This document shows positions 15,001 through 30,000 of a stretch of 64,000 nt of DNA, in pieces (within the stretch, counting starts at the first letter, position 1; the number at the start of each line of letters is the position of its first letter). The translations under genes were made by a program, and so were the position numbers. A model generated the notes under the pieces. The model was not told the origin of the DNA and did no database searches. It saw nothing but the letters and a program-made list of their open reading frames with translations. The stretch spans positions 92,070,001 to 92,134,000 of the forward strand of contig OZ024745.1 in NCBI GenBank assembly GCA_964016885.1, in the 5' to 3' direction. This stretch comes from Eledone cirrhosa (taxonomy: Eukaryota).

Positions 15001-18000
15001 CCACTAGATAAAGTAAGTTATATTACTCTGCCTGAGTATCAAACAGCTCCACTAGATACAGTAAGTTATATTACTCTGCCTGAGTATCAAACAGCTCCAC
15101 TATATACAGTAAGTTATATTACTCTGCCTGAGTATCAAATAGCTCCACTAGATACAGTAAATTATATTACTCTGTCTGAGTATCAGACAGCTCCACTAGA
15201 TACAGTAAGTTATATTACTCTGTCTGAGTATCAAACAGCTCCACTAGATACAGTAAGTTATATTACTCTGCCTGAGTATCAAACAGCTCCACTAGATACA
15301 GTAAGTTATATTACTCTGTCTGAGTATCAAACAGCTCCACTAGATACAGTGTTATATTACTCTGTCTGAGTATCAAACAGCTCCACTAGATACAGTAAGT
15401 TATATTACTCTGTCTGCGTATCAAACAGCTCCACTAGATACAGTAAGTTATATTACTCTGTCTGAGTATCAAACAGCTCCACTAGATACAGTAAGTTATA
15501 TTACTCTGCCTGAGTATCAAACAGCTCCACTAGATACTGTAAGTTATATTACTCTGTCTGCATATCAAACAGCTCCACTATATACAGTAAGTTATATTAC
15601 TCTGTCTGAGTATCAAACAGCTCCACTAGATACTGTAAGTTATATTACTCTGTCTGCATATCAAACAGCTCCACTAGATACAGTAAGTTATATTACTCTG
15701 TCTGAGTATCAAACAGCTCCACTAGATACAGTGTTATATTACTCTGTCTGAGTATCAAACAGCTCCACTAGATACAGTAAGTTATATTACTCTGCCTGAG
15801 TATCAAACAGCTCCACTAGATACAGTAAGTTATATTACTCTGTCTGAGTATCAAATAGCTCCAGTAGATACAGTAAGTTATATTACTCTGCCTGAGTATC
15901 AAACAGCTCCACTAGATACAGTAAGTTATATTACTCTGCCTGAGTATCAAACAGCTCCACTAGATACAGTAAGTTATATTACTCTGTCTGAGTATCAAAC
16001 AGCTCCACTAGATACAGTAAGTTATATTACTCTGTCTAAGTATCAGACAGCTCCCCTAGATACAGTAAGTTATATTCCTCTGCCTGAGTATCAAACAGCT
16101 CCCCTAGATACAGTAAATTATATTACTCTGTCTGAGTATCAAACAGCTCCACTAGATACAGTAAGTTAAATTACTCTGCCTGAGTATCAAACAGCTCCAC
16201 TAGATACAGTAAGTTATATTACTCTGCCTGAGTATCAAATAGCTCCACTAGATATAGTAAATTATATTACTCTGTCTGAGTATCAGACAGCTCCACTAGA
16301 TACAGTAAGTTATATTACTCTGTCTAAGTATCAAACAGCTCCCCTAGATACAGTAAGTTATATTCCTCTGCCTGAGTATCAAACAGCTCCCCTAGATACA
16401 GTAAATTATATTACTCTGTCTGAGTATCAAACAGCTCCACTAGATACAGTAAGTTATATTACTCTGTCTGAGTATCAGACAGCTCCACTAGATACAGTAA
16501 GTTATATTACTCTGTCTGAGTATCAAACAGCTCCACTAGATACAGTAAGTTATATTACTCTGCCTGAGTATCAAACAGCTCCACTAGATACAGTAAGTTA
16601 TATTACTCTGTCTGAGTATCAAACAGCTCCACTAGATACAGTGTTATATTACTCTGTCTGAGTATCAAACAGCTCCACTAGATACAGTAAGTTATATTAC
16701 TCTGTCTGCGTATCAAACAGCTCCACTAGATACAGTAAGTTATATTACTCTGCCTGAGTATCAAACAGCTCCCCTAGATACAGTTAGTTATATTACTCTG
16801 CCTGAGTATCAAGCAGCTCCAATACATACAGTAAGTTATATTACTCTGCCTGAGTATCAAACAGCTCCACTACATACAGTAAGTTATATTACTCTGCCTG
16901 AGTATCAAACGGCTCCACTAGATACAGTAAGTTATATTACTCTGCCTGAGTATCAAACAGCTCCACTAGATACAGTAAGTTATATTACTCTGCCTGAGTA
17001 TCAAACAGCTCCACTAGATAAAGTAAGTTATATTACTCCGTCTGAGTATCAAACAGCTCCACTAGATACAGTAAGTTATATTACTCTGCCTGAGTATCAA
17101 ACAGCTCCACTATATACAGTAAGTTATATTACTCTGCCTGAGTAACAAACAGCTCCACTAGATACAGTAAGTTATATTACTCTGCCTGAGTATCAAACAG
17201 CTCCACTAGATACAGTAAGTTATATTACTCTGTCTGAGTATCAAACAGCTCCACTAGATACAGTAAGTTATATTACTCTGTCTGAGTATCAGACAGCTCC
17301 ACTAGATACGGTAAGTTATATTACTCTGTCTGAGTATCAAACAGCTCCACTAGATACAGTAAGTTATATTACTCTGTCTGAGTATCAAACAGCTCCACTA
17401 GATACAGTAAGTTATATTACTCTGTCTGAGTATCAAACAGCTCCACTAGATACAGTAAGTTATATTTCTCTGCCTGAGTATCAAACAGCTCCACTAGATA
17501 AAGTAAGTTATATTACTCTGCCTGAGTATCAAACAGCTCCACTAGATACAGTAAGTTATATTACTCTGCCTGAGTATCAAACAGCTCCACTATATACAGT
17601 AAGTTATATTACTCTGCCTGAGTATCAAATAGCTCCACTAGATACAGTAAATTATATTACTCTGTCTGAGTATCAGACAGCTCCACTAGATACAGTAAGT
17701 TATATTACTCTGTCTGAGTATCAAACAGCTCCACTAGATACAGTAAGTTATATTACTCTGCCTGAGTATCAAACAGCTCCACTAGATACAGTAAGTTATA
17801 TTACTCTGTCTGAGTATCAAACAGCTCCACTAGATACAGTGTTATATTACTCTGTCTGAGTATCAAACAGCTCCACTAGATACAGTAAGTTATATTACTC
17901 TGTCTGCGTATCAAACAGCTCCACTAGATACAGTAAGTTATATTACTCTGTCTGAGTATCAAACAGCTCCACTAGATACAGTAAGTTATATTACTCTGCC

Positions 18001-21000
18001 TGAGTATCAAACAGCTCCACTAGATACTGTAAGTTATATTACTCTGTCTGCATATCAAACAGCTCCACTATATACAGTAAGTTATATTACTCTGTCTGAG
18101 TATCAAACAGCTCCACTAGATACTGTAAGTTATATTACTCTGTCTGCATATCAAACAGCTCCACTATATACAGTAAGTTATATTCCTCTGCCTGAGTATC
18201 AAACAGCTCCACTAGATACAGTAAGTTATATTACTCTGTCTGAGTATCAAACAGCTCCACTAGATAAACTAAGTTATATTACTCTGCCTGAGTATCAAAC
18301 AGCTCCACTAGATACAGTAAGTTATATTACTCTGTCTGAGTATCAAACAGCTCCACTAGATACAGTAAGTTATATTACTCTGCCTGAGTATCAAACAGCT
18401 CCACTTGATACAGTAAGTTATATTACTCTGTCTGATTATCAAACAGTTCCACTAGATACAGTAAGTTATATTACTCTGTCTGAGTATCAAACAGCTCCAC
18501 TAGATACAGTAAGTTATATTACTCTGTCTGAGTATCAAACAGCTCCACTAGATACAGTAAGTTATATTACTCTGCCTGAGTATCAAACAGCTCCACTAGA
18601 TAAACTAAGTTATATTACTCTGCCTGAGTATCAAACAGCTCCACTAGATACAGTAAGTTATATTACTCTGTCTGAGTATCAAACAGCTCCACTAGATACA
18701 GTAAGTTATATTACTCTGCCTGAGTATCAAACAGCTCCACTTGATACAGTAAGTTATATTACTCTGTCTGATTATCAAACAGCTCCACTAGATACAGTAA
18801 GTTATATTACTCTGTCTGAGTATCAAACAGCTCCACTAGATACAGTAAGTTATATTACTCTGCCTGAGTATCAAACAGCTCCACTAGATACAGTAAGTTA
18901 TATTACTCTGTCTGAGTATCAAACACCTCCACTAAATACAGTAAGTTATATTACTCTGTCTGCGTATCAAACAGCTCCACTAGATACAGTAAGTTATATT
19001 ACTCTGTCTGAGTATCAAACAGCTCCACTAGATAAAGTAAGTTATATTACTCTGCCTGAGTATCAAACAGCTCCACTAGATACTGTAAGTTATATTACTC
19101 TGTCTGCGTATCAAACAGCTCCACTAGATACAGTAAGTTATATTACTCTGTCTGAGTATCAAACCGCTCCACTAGATACAGTAAGTTATATTACTGTGCC
19201 TGAGTATCAAACAGCTCCACTAGATAAAGTAAGTTATATTACTCTGTCTAAGTATCAAACAGCTCCCCTAGATACAGTAAGTTATATTCCTCTGCCTGAG
19301 TATCAAACAGCTCCCCTAGATACAGTAAATTATATTACTCTGTCTGAGTATCAAACAGCTCCACTAGATACAGTAAGTTATATTACTCTGTCTGAGTATC
19401 AGACAGCTCCACTAGATACAGTAAGTTATATTACTCTGTCTGAGTATCAAACAGCTCCACTAGATACAGTAAGTTATATTACTCTGCCAGAGTATCAAAC
19501 AGCTCCACTAGATACAGTAAGTTATATTACTCTGTCTGAGTATCAAACAGCTCCACTAGATACAGTGTTATATTACTCTGTCTGAGTATCAAACAGCTCC
19601 ACTAGATACAGTAAGTTATATTACTCTGTCTGCGTATCAAACAGCTCCACTAGATACAGTAAGTTATATTACTCTGTCTGAGTATCAAACAGCTCCACTA
19701 GATACAGTAAGTTATATTACTCTGCCTGAGTATCAAACAGCTCCACTAGATAAAATAAGTTATATTACTCTCCCTGAGTATCAAACAGCTCCACTAGATA
19801 CAGTAAGTTATATTACTCTGTCTGAGTATCAAACAGCTCCACTAGATACAGTAAGTTATATTACTCTGTCTGAGTATCAAACAGCTCCACTAGATACAGT
19901 AAGTTATATTACTCTGCCTGAGTATCAAACAGCTCCACTAGATACAGTAAGTTATATTACTCTGTCTGAGTATCAAATAGCTCCAGTAGATACAGTAAGT
20001 TATATTACTCTGCCTGAGTATCAAACAGCTCCACTAGATACAGTAAGTTATATTACTCTGCCTGAGTATCAAACAGCTCCACTAGATACAGTAAGTTATA
20101 TTACTCTGTCTGAGTATCAAACAGCTCCACTAGATACAGTAAGTTATATTACTCTGTCTAAGTATCAGACAGCTCCCCTAGATACAGTAAGTTATATTCC
20201 TCTGCCTGAGTATCAAACAGCTCCCCTAGATACAGTAAATTATATTACTCTGTCTGAGTATCAAACAGCTCCACTAGATACAGTAAGTTAAATTACTCTG
20301 CCTGAGTATCAAACAGCTCCACTAGATACAGTAAGTTATATTACTCTGCCTGAGTATCAAATAGCTCCACTAGATATAGTAAATTATATTACTCTGTCTG
20401 AGTATCAGACAGCTCCACTAGATACAGTAAGTTATATTACTCTGTCTAAGTATCAAACAGCTCCCCTAGATACAGTAAGTTATATTCCTCTGCCTGAGTA
20501 TCAAACAGCTCCCCTAGATACAGTAAATTATATTACTCTGTCTGAGTATCAAACAGCTCCACTAGATACAGTAAGTTATATTACTCTGTCTGAGTATCAG
20601 ACAGCTCCACTAGATACAGTAAGTTATATTACTCTGTCTGAGTATCAAACAGCTCCACTAGATACAGTAAGTTATATTACTCTGCCTGAGTATCAAACAG
20701 CTCCACTAGATACAGTAAGTTATATTACTCTGTCTGAGTATCAAACAGCTCCACTAGATACAGTGTTATATTACTCTGTCTGAGTATCAAACAGCTCCAC
20801 TAGATACAGTAAGTTATATTACTCTGTCTGCGTATCAAACAGCTCCACTAGATACAGTAAGTTATATTACTCTGCCTGAGTATCAAACAGCTCCCCTAGA
20901 TACAGTTAGTTATATTACTCTGCCTGAGTATCAAGCAGCTCCAATACATACAGTAAGTTATATTACTCTGCCTGAGTATCAAACAGCTCCACTACATACA

Positions 21001-24000
21001 GTAAGTTATATTACTCTGCCTGAGTATCAAACGGCTCCACTAGATACAGTAAGTTATATTACTCTGCCTGAGTATCAAACAGCTCCACTAGATACAGTAA
21101 GTTATATTACTCTGCCTGAGTATCAAACAGCTCCACTAGATAAAGTAAGTTATATTACTCCGTCTGAGTATCAAACAGCTCCACTAGATACAGTAAGTTA
21201 TATTACTCTGCCTGAGTATCAAACAGCTCCACTATATACAGTAAGTTATATTACTCTGCCTGAGTAACAAACAGCTCCACTAGATACAGTAAGTTATATT
21301 ACTCTGCCTGAGTATCAAACAGCTCCACTAGATACAGTAAGTTATATTACTCTGTCTGAGTATCAAACAGCTCCACTAGATACAGTAAGTTATATTACTC
21401 TGTCTGAGTATCAGACAGCTCCACTAGATACGGTAAGTTATATTACTCTGTCTGAGTATCAAACAGCTCCACTAGATACAGTAAGTTATATTACTCTGTC
21501 TGAGTATCAAACAGCTCCACTAGATACAGTAAGTTATATTACTCTGTCTGAGTATCAAACAGCTCCACTAGATACAGTAAGTTATATTTCTCTGCCTGAG
21601 TATCAAACAGCTCCACTAGATAAAGTAAGTTATATTACTCTGCCTGAGTATCAAACAGCTCCACTAGATACAGTAAGTTATATTACTCTGCCTGAGTATC
21701 AAACAGCTCCACTATATACAGTAAGTTATATTACTCTGCCTGAGTATCAAATAGCTCCACTAGATACAGTAAATTATATTACTCTGTCTGAGTATCAGAC
21801 AGCTCCACTAGATACAGTAAGTTATATTACTCTGTCTGAGTATCAAACAGCTCCACTAGATACAGTAAGTTATATTACTCTGCCTGAGTATCAAACAGCT
21901 CCACTAGATACAGTAAGTTATATTACTCTGTCTGAGTATCAAACAGCTCCACTAGATACAGTGTTATATTACTCTGTCTGAGTATCAAACAGCTCCACTA
22001 GATACAGTAAGTTATATTACTCTGTCTGCGTATCAAACAGCTCCACTAGATACAGTAAGTTATATTACTCTGTCTGAGTATCAAACAGCTCCACTAGATA
22101 CAGTAAGTTATATTACTCTGCCTGAGTATCAAACAGCTCCACTAGATAAAATAAGTTATATTACTCTGCCTGAGTATCAAACAGCTCCACTAGATACAGT
22201 AACTTATATTACTCTGTCTGAGTATCAAACAGCTCCACTAGATACAGTAAGTTATATTACTCTGTCTGAGTATCAAACAGCTCCACTAGATACAGTAAGT
22301 TATATTACTCTGCCTGAGTATCAAACAGCTCCACTAGATACAGTAAGTTATATTACTCTGTCTGAGTATCAAATAGCTCCAGTAGATACAGTAAGTTATA
22401 TTACTCTGCCTGAGTATCAAACAGCTCCACTAGATACAGTAAGTTATATTACTCTGCCTGAGTATCAAACAGCTCCACTAGATACAGTAAGTTATATTAC
22501 TCTGTCTGAGTATCAAACAGCTCCACTAGATACAGTAAGTTATATTACTCTGTCTAAGTATCAGACAGCTCCCCTAGATACAGTAAGTTATATTCCTCTG
22601 CCTGAGTATCAAACAGCTCCCCTAGATACAGTAAATTATATTACTCTGTCTGAGTATCAAACAGCTCCACTAGATACAGTAAGTTATATTACTCTGCCTG
22701 AGTATCAAACAGCTCCACTAGATACAGTAAGTTATATTACTCTGCCTGAGTATCAAACAGCTCCACTACATACAGTAAGTTATATTACTCTGTCTGAGTA
22801 TCAAGCAGCTCCACTATATACAGTAAGTTATATTACTCTGCCTGAGTATCAAACAGCTCCCCTATATACAGTAAGTTATATTACTCTGCCTGAGTATCAA
22901 ACAGCTCCACTAGATACAGTTAGTTATATTACTCTGCCTGAGTATCAAGCAGCTCCAATACATACAGTAAGTTATATTACTCTGCCTGAGTATCAAACAG
23001 CTCCACTACATACAGTAAGATATATTACTCTGCCTGAGTATCAAACAGCTCCACTAGATACAGTAAGTTATATTACTCTGTCTAAGTATCAAACAGCTCC
23101 ACTAGATACAGTAAGTTATATTACTCTGCCTGAGTATCAAACAGCTCCACTAGATACAGTAAGTTATATTACTCTGTCTGAGTATCAAACAGTTCCACTA
23201 GATACAGTAAGTTATATTACTCTGCCTGAGTATCAAACAGCTCCACTAGATACAGTAAGTTATATTACTCTGCCTGAGTATCAAACAGCTCCACTAGATA
23301 CAGTAAGTTATATTACTCTGTCTGAGTATCAAACAGCTCTACTAGATACAGTAAGTTATATTACTCTGCCTGAGTATCAAACAGCTCCACTACATACAGT
23401 AAGTTATATTACTCTGCCTGAGTATCAAACAGCTCCACTAGATACAGTAAGTTATATTACTCTGCCTGAGTATCAAACAGCTCCACTAGATACAGTAAGT
23501 TATATTACTCTGCCTGAGTATCAAACAGCTCCACTAGATACAGTAAGTTATATTACTCTGTCTGAGTATCAAACAGCTCCACTAGATACAGTAAGTTATA
23601 TTACTCTGCCTGAGTATCAAACAGCTCCACTAGATACAGTAAGTTATATTACTCTGTCTGAGTATCAAACAGCTCCACTAGATACAGTAAGTTATATTAC
23701 TCTGTCTGAGTATCAAACAGCTCCACTAGATAAAGTAAGTTATATTACTCCGTCTGAGTATCAAACAGCTCCACTAGATACAGTAAATTATATTACTCTG
23801 TCTGAGTATCAGACAGCTCCACTAGATACAGTAAGTTATATTACTCTGTCTGAGTATCAGACAGCTCCACTAGATACAGTAAGTTATATTACTCTGTCTG
23901 AGTATCAAACAGCTCCACTAGATACAGTAAGTTATATTACTCTGCCTGAGTATCAAATAGCTCCACTAGATACAGTAAGTTATATTACTCTGTCTGCGTA

Positions 24001-27000
24001 TCAAACAGCTCCACTAGATACAGTAAGTTATATTACTCTGTCTGAGTATCAAACAGCTCCACTAGATACAGTAAGTTATATTACTCTGTCTGAGTATCAA
24101 ACAGCTCCACTAGATACAGTAAGTTATATTACTCTGCCTGAGTATCAAACAGCTCCACTAGATACAGTAAGTTATATTACTCTGTCTGAGTATCAAACAG
24201 CTCCACTAGATACAGTAAGTTATATTACTCTGCCTGAGTATCAAACAGCTCCACTAGATACAGTAAGTTATATTACTCTGCCTGAGTATCAAACAGCTCC
24301 ACTAGATACAGTAAGTTATATTACTCTGCCTGAGTATCAAATAGCTCCACTAGATACAGTAAGTTATATTACTCTGTCTGAGTATCAAATAGCTCCACTA
24401 GATACAGTAAGTTATATTACTCTGACTGAGTATCAAACAGCTCCACTAGATACAGTAAGTTATATTACTCTGCCTGAGTATCAAACAGCTCCACTAGATA
24501 CAGTAAGTTATATTACTCTGCCTGAGTATCAAATAGCTCCACTAGATACAGTAAATTATATTACTCTGTTTGAGTATCAGACAGCTCCACTAGATACAGT
24601 AAGTTATATTACTCTGTCTGAGTATCAGACAGCTCCACTAGATACAGTAAGTTATATTACTCTGCCTGAGTATCAAACAGCTCCACTAGATACAGTAAGT
24701 TATATTACTCTGCCTGAGTATCAAACAGCTCCACTAGATACAGTGTTATATTACTCTGTCTGAGTATCAAACAGCTCCACTAGATACAGTGTTATATTAC
24801 TCTGTCTGAGTATCAAACAGCTCCACTAGATACAGTAAGTTATATTACTCTGTCTGCGTATCAAACAGCTCCACTAGATACAGTAAGTTATATTACTCTG
24901 TCTGAGTATCAAACAGCTCCACTAGATACAGTAAGTTATATTACTCTGCCTGAGTATCAAACAGCTCCACTAGATAAAATAAGTTATATTACTCTGCCTG
25001 AGTATCAAACAGCTCCACTAGATACAGTAACTTATATTACTCTGTCTGAGTATCAAACAGCTCCACTAGATACAGTAAGTTATATTACTCTGTCTGAGTA
25101 TCAAACAGCTCCACTAGATACAGTAAGTTATATTACTCTGCCTGAGTATCAAACAGCTCCACTAGATACAGTAAGATATATTACTCTGTCTGAGTATCAA
25201 ATAGCTCCAGTAGATACAGTAAGTTATATTACTCTGCCTGAGTATCAAACAGCTCCACTAGATACAGTAAGTTATATTACTCTGCCTGAGTATTAAACAG
25301 CTCCACTAGATACAGTAAGTTATATTACTCTGTCTGAGTATCAAACAGCTCCACGAGATACAGTAAGTTATATTACTCTGTCTAAGTATCAGACAGCTCC
25401 CCTAGATACAGTAAGTTATATTCCTCTGCCTGAGTATCAAACAGCTCCCCTAGATACAGTAAATTATATTACTCTGTCTGAGTATCAAACAGCTCCACTA
25501 GATACAGTAAGTTATATTACTCTGCCTGAGTATCAAACAGCTCCACTAGATACAGTAAGTTATATTACTCTGTCTGAGTATCAAACAGCTCCACTAGATA
25601 CAGTGTTATATTACTCTGTCTGAGTATCAAACAGCTCCACTAGATACAGTGTTATATTACTCTGTCTGAGTATCAAACAGCTCCACTAGATACAGTAAGT
25701 TATATTACTCTGTCTGCGTATCAAACAGCTCCACTAGATACAGTAAGTTATATTACTCTGTCTGAGTATCAAACAGCTCCACTAGATACAGTAAGTTATA
25801 TTACTCTGCCTGAGTATCAAACAGCTCCACTAGATAAAATAAGTTATATTACTCTGCCTGAGTATCAAACAGCTCCACTAGATACAGTAACTTATATTAC
25901 TCTGTCTGAGTATCAAACAGCTCCACTAGATACAGTAAGTTATATTACTCTGTCTAAGTATCAGACAGCTCCCCTAGATACAGTAAGTTATATTCCTCTG
26001 CCTGAGTATCAAACAGCTCCCCTAGATACAGTAAATTATATTACTCTGTCTGAGTATCAAACAGCTCCACTAGATACAGTAAGTTATATTACTCTGCCTG
26101 AGTATCAAACAGCTCCACTAGATACAGTAAGTTATATTACTCTGTCTGCGTATCAAACAGCTCCACTAGATACAGTGTTATATTACTCTGTCTGAGTATC
26201 AAACAGCTCCACTAGATACAGTAAGTTATATTACTCTGCCTGAGTATCAAACAGCTCCACTAGATAAAATAAGTTACATTACTCTGCCTGAGTATCAAAC
26301 AGCTCCACTAGATACAGTAAGTTATATTACTCTGTCTGAGTATCAAACAGCTCCACTAGATACAGTAAGTTATATTACTCTGTCTAAGTATCAGACAGCT
26401 CCCCTAGATACAGTAAGTTATATTCCTCTGCCTGAGTATCAAACAGCTCCACTAGATACAGTAAGTTATATTACTCTGTCTGAGTATCAAACAGCTCCAC
26501 TAGATACAGTGTTATATTACTCTGTCTGAGTATCAAACAGCTCCACTAGATACAGTGTTATATTACTCTGTCTGAGTATCAAACAGCTCCACTAGATACA
26601 GTAAGTTATATTACTCTGTCTGCGTATCAAACAGCTCCACTAGATACAGTAAGTTATATTACTCTGTCTGAGTATCAAACAGCTCCACTAGATACAGTAA
26701 GTTATATTACTCTGCCTGAGTATCAAACAGCTCCACTAGATAAAATAAGTTATATTACTCTGCCTGAGTATCAAACAGCTCCACTAGATACAGTAACTTA
26801 TATTACTCTGTCTGAGTATCAAACAGCTCCACTAGATACAGTAAGTTATATTACTCCGTCTGAGTATCAAACAGCTCCACTAGATACAGTAAGTTATATT
26901 ACTCTGCCTGAGTATCAAACAGCTCCACTAGATACAGTAAGTTATATTACTCTGCCTGAGTATCAAATAGCTCCACTAGATACAGTAAATTATATTACTC

Positions 27001-30000
27001 TGTCTGAGTATCAGACAGCTCCACTAGATACAGTAAGTTATATTACTCTGTCTGAGTATCAGACAGCTCCACTAGATACAGTAAGTTATATTACTCTGTC
27101 TGAGTATCAAACAGCTCCACTAGATACAGTAAGTTATATTACTCTGCCTGAGTATCAAACAGCTCCACTAGATACAGTAAGTTATATTACTCTGTCTGAG
27201 TATCAAACAGCTCCACTAGATACAGTAAGTTATATTACTCTGTCTGAGTATCAAACAGCTCCACTAGATACAGTAAGTTATATTACTCTGTCTGCGTATC
27301 AAACAGCTCCACTAGATACAGTGTTATATTACTCTGTCTGAGTATCAAACAGCTCCACTAGATACAGTAAGTTATATTACTCTGCCTGAGTATCAAACAG
27401 CTCCACTAGATAAAATAAGTTACATTACTCTGCCTGAGTATCAAACAGCTCCACTAGATACAGTAAGTTATATTACTCTGTCTGAGTATCAAACAGCTCC
27501 ACTAGATACAGTAAGTTATATTACTCTGTCTAAGTATCAGACAGCTCCCCTAGATACAGTAAGTTATATTCCTCTGCCTGAGTATCAAACAGCTCCACTA
27601 GATACAGTAAGTTATATTACTCTGTCTGAGTATCAAACAGCTCCACTAGATACAGTGTTATATTACTCTGTCTGAGTATCAAACAGCTCCACTAGATACA
27701 GTGTTATATTACTCTGTCTGAGTATCAAACAGCTCCACTAGATACAGTAAGTTATATTACTCTGTCTGCGTATCAAACAGCTCCACTAGATACAGTAAGT
27801 TATATTACTCTGTCTGAGTATCAAACAGCTCCACTAGATACAGTAAGTTATATTACTCTGCCTGAGTATCAAACAGCTCCACTAGATAAAATAAGTTATA
27901 TTACTCTGCCTGAGTATCAAACAGCTCCACTAGATACAGTAACTTATATTACTCTGTCTGAGTATCAAACAGCTCCACTAGATACAGTAAGTTATATTAC
28001 TCCGTCTGAGTATCAAACAGCTCCACTAGATACAGTAAGTTATATTACTCTGCCTGAGTATCAAACAGCTCCACTAGATACAGTAAGTTATATTACTCTG
28101 CCTGAGTATCAAATAGCTCCACTAGATACAGTAAATTATATTACTCTGTCTGAGTATCAGACAGCTCCACTAGATACAGTAAGTTATATTACTCTGTCTG
28201 AGTATCAGACAGCTCCACTAGATACAGTAAGTTATATTACTCTGTCTGAGTATCAAACAGCTCCACTAGATACAGTAAGTTATATTACTCTGCCTGAGTA
28301 TCAAACAGCTCCACTAGATACAGTAAGTTATATTACTCTGTCTGAGTATCAAACAGCTCCACTAGATACAGTAAGTTATATTACTCTGTCTGAGTATCAA
28401 ACAGCTCCCCTAGATACAGTAAATTATATTACTCTGTCTGAGTATCAAACAGCTCCACTAGATACAGTGTTATATTACTCTGTCTGAGTATCAAACAGCT
28501 CCACTAGATACAGTAAGTTATATTACTCTGTCTGCGTATCAAACAGCTCCACTAGATACAGTAAGTTATATTACTCTGTCTGAGTATCAAACAGCTCCAC
28601 TAGATACAGTAAGTTATATTACTCTGCCTGAGTATCAAACAGCTCCACTAGATAAAATAAGTTATATTACTCTGCCTGAGTATCAAACAGCTCCACTAGA
28701 TACAGTAACTTATATTACTCTGTCTGAGTATCAAACAGCTCCACTAGATACAGTAAGTTATATTACTCCGTCTGAGTATCAAACAGCTCCACTAGATACA
28801 GTAAGTTATATTACTCTGCCTGAGTATCAAACAGCTCCACTATATACAGTAAGTTATATTACTCTGCCTGAGTATCAAATAGCTCCACTAGATACAGTAA
28901 GTTATATTACTCTGCCTGAGTATCAAACAGCTCCACTAGATACAGTAAGTTATATTACTCTGTCTGCGTATCAAACAGCTCCACTAGATACAGTAAGTTA
29001 TATTCCTCTGCCTGAGTATCAAACAGCTCCCCTAGATACAGTAAATTATATTACTCTGTCTGAGTATCAAACAGCTCCACTAGATACAGTAAGTTAAATT
29101 ACTCTGCCTGAGTATCAAACAGCTCCACTAGATACAGTAAGTTATATTACTCTGCCTGAGTATCAAATAGCTCCACTAGATATAGTAAATTATATTACTC
29201 TGTCTGAGTATCAGACAGCTCCACTAGATACAGTAAGTTATATTACTCTGTCTAAGTATCAAACAGCTCCCCTAGATACAGTAAGTTATATTCCTCTGCC
29301 TGAGTATCAAACAGCTCCCCTAGATACAGTAAATTATATTACTCTGTCTGAGTATCAAACAGCTCCACTAGATACAGTAAGTTATATTACTCTGTCTGAG
29401 TATCAGACAGCTCCACTAGATACAGTAAGTTATATTACTCTGTCTGAGTATCAAACAGCTCCACTAGATACAGTAAGTTATATTACTCTGCCTGAGTATC
29501 AAACAGCTCCACTAGATACAGTAAGTTATATTACTCTGTCTGAGTATCAAACAGCTCCACTAGATACAGTGTTATATTACTCTGTCTGAGTATCAAACAG
29601 CTCCACTAGATACAGTAAGTTATATTACTCTGTCTGCGTATCAAACAGCTCCACTAGATACAGTAAGTTATATTACTCTGCCTGAGTATCAAACAGCTCC
29701 CCTAGATACAGTTAGTTATATTACTCTGCCTGAGTATCAAGCAGCTCCAATACATACAGTAAGTTATATTACTCTGCCTGAGTATCAAACAGCTCCACTA
29801 CATACAGTAAGTTATATTACTCTGCCTGAGTATCAAACGGCTCCACTAGATACAGTAAGTTATATTACTCTGCCTGAGTATCAAACAGCTCCACTAGATA
29901 CAGTAAGTTATATTACTCTGCCTGAGTATCAAACAGCTCCACTAGATAAAGTAAGTTATATTACTCCGTCTGAGTATCAAACAGCTCCACTAGATACAGT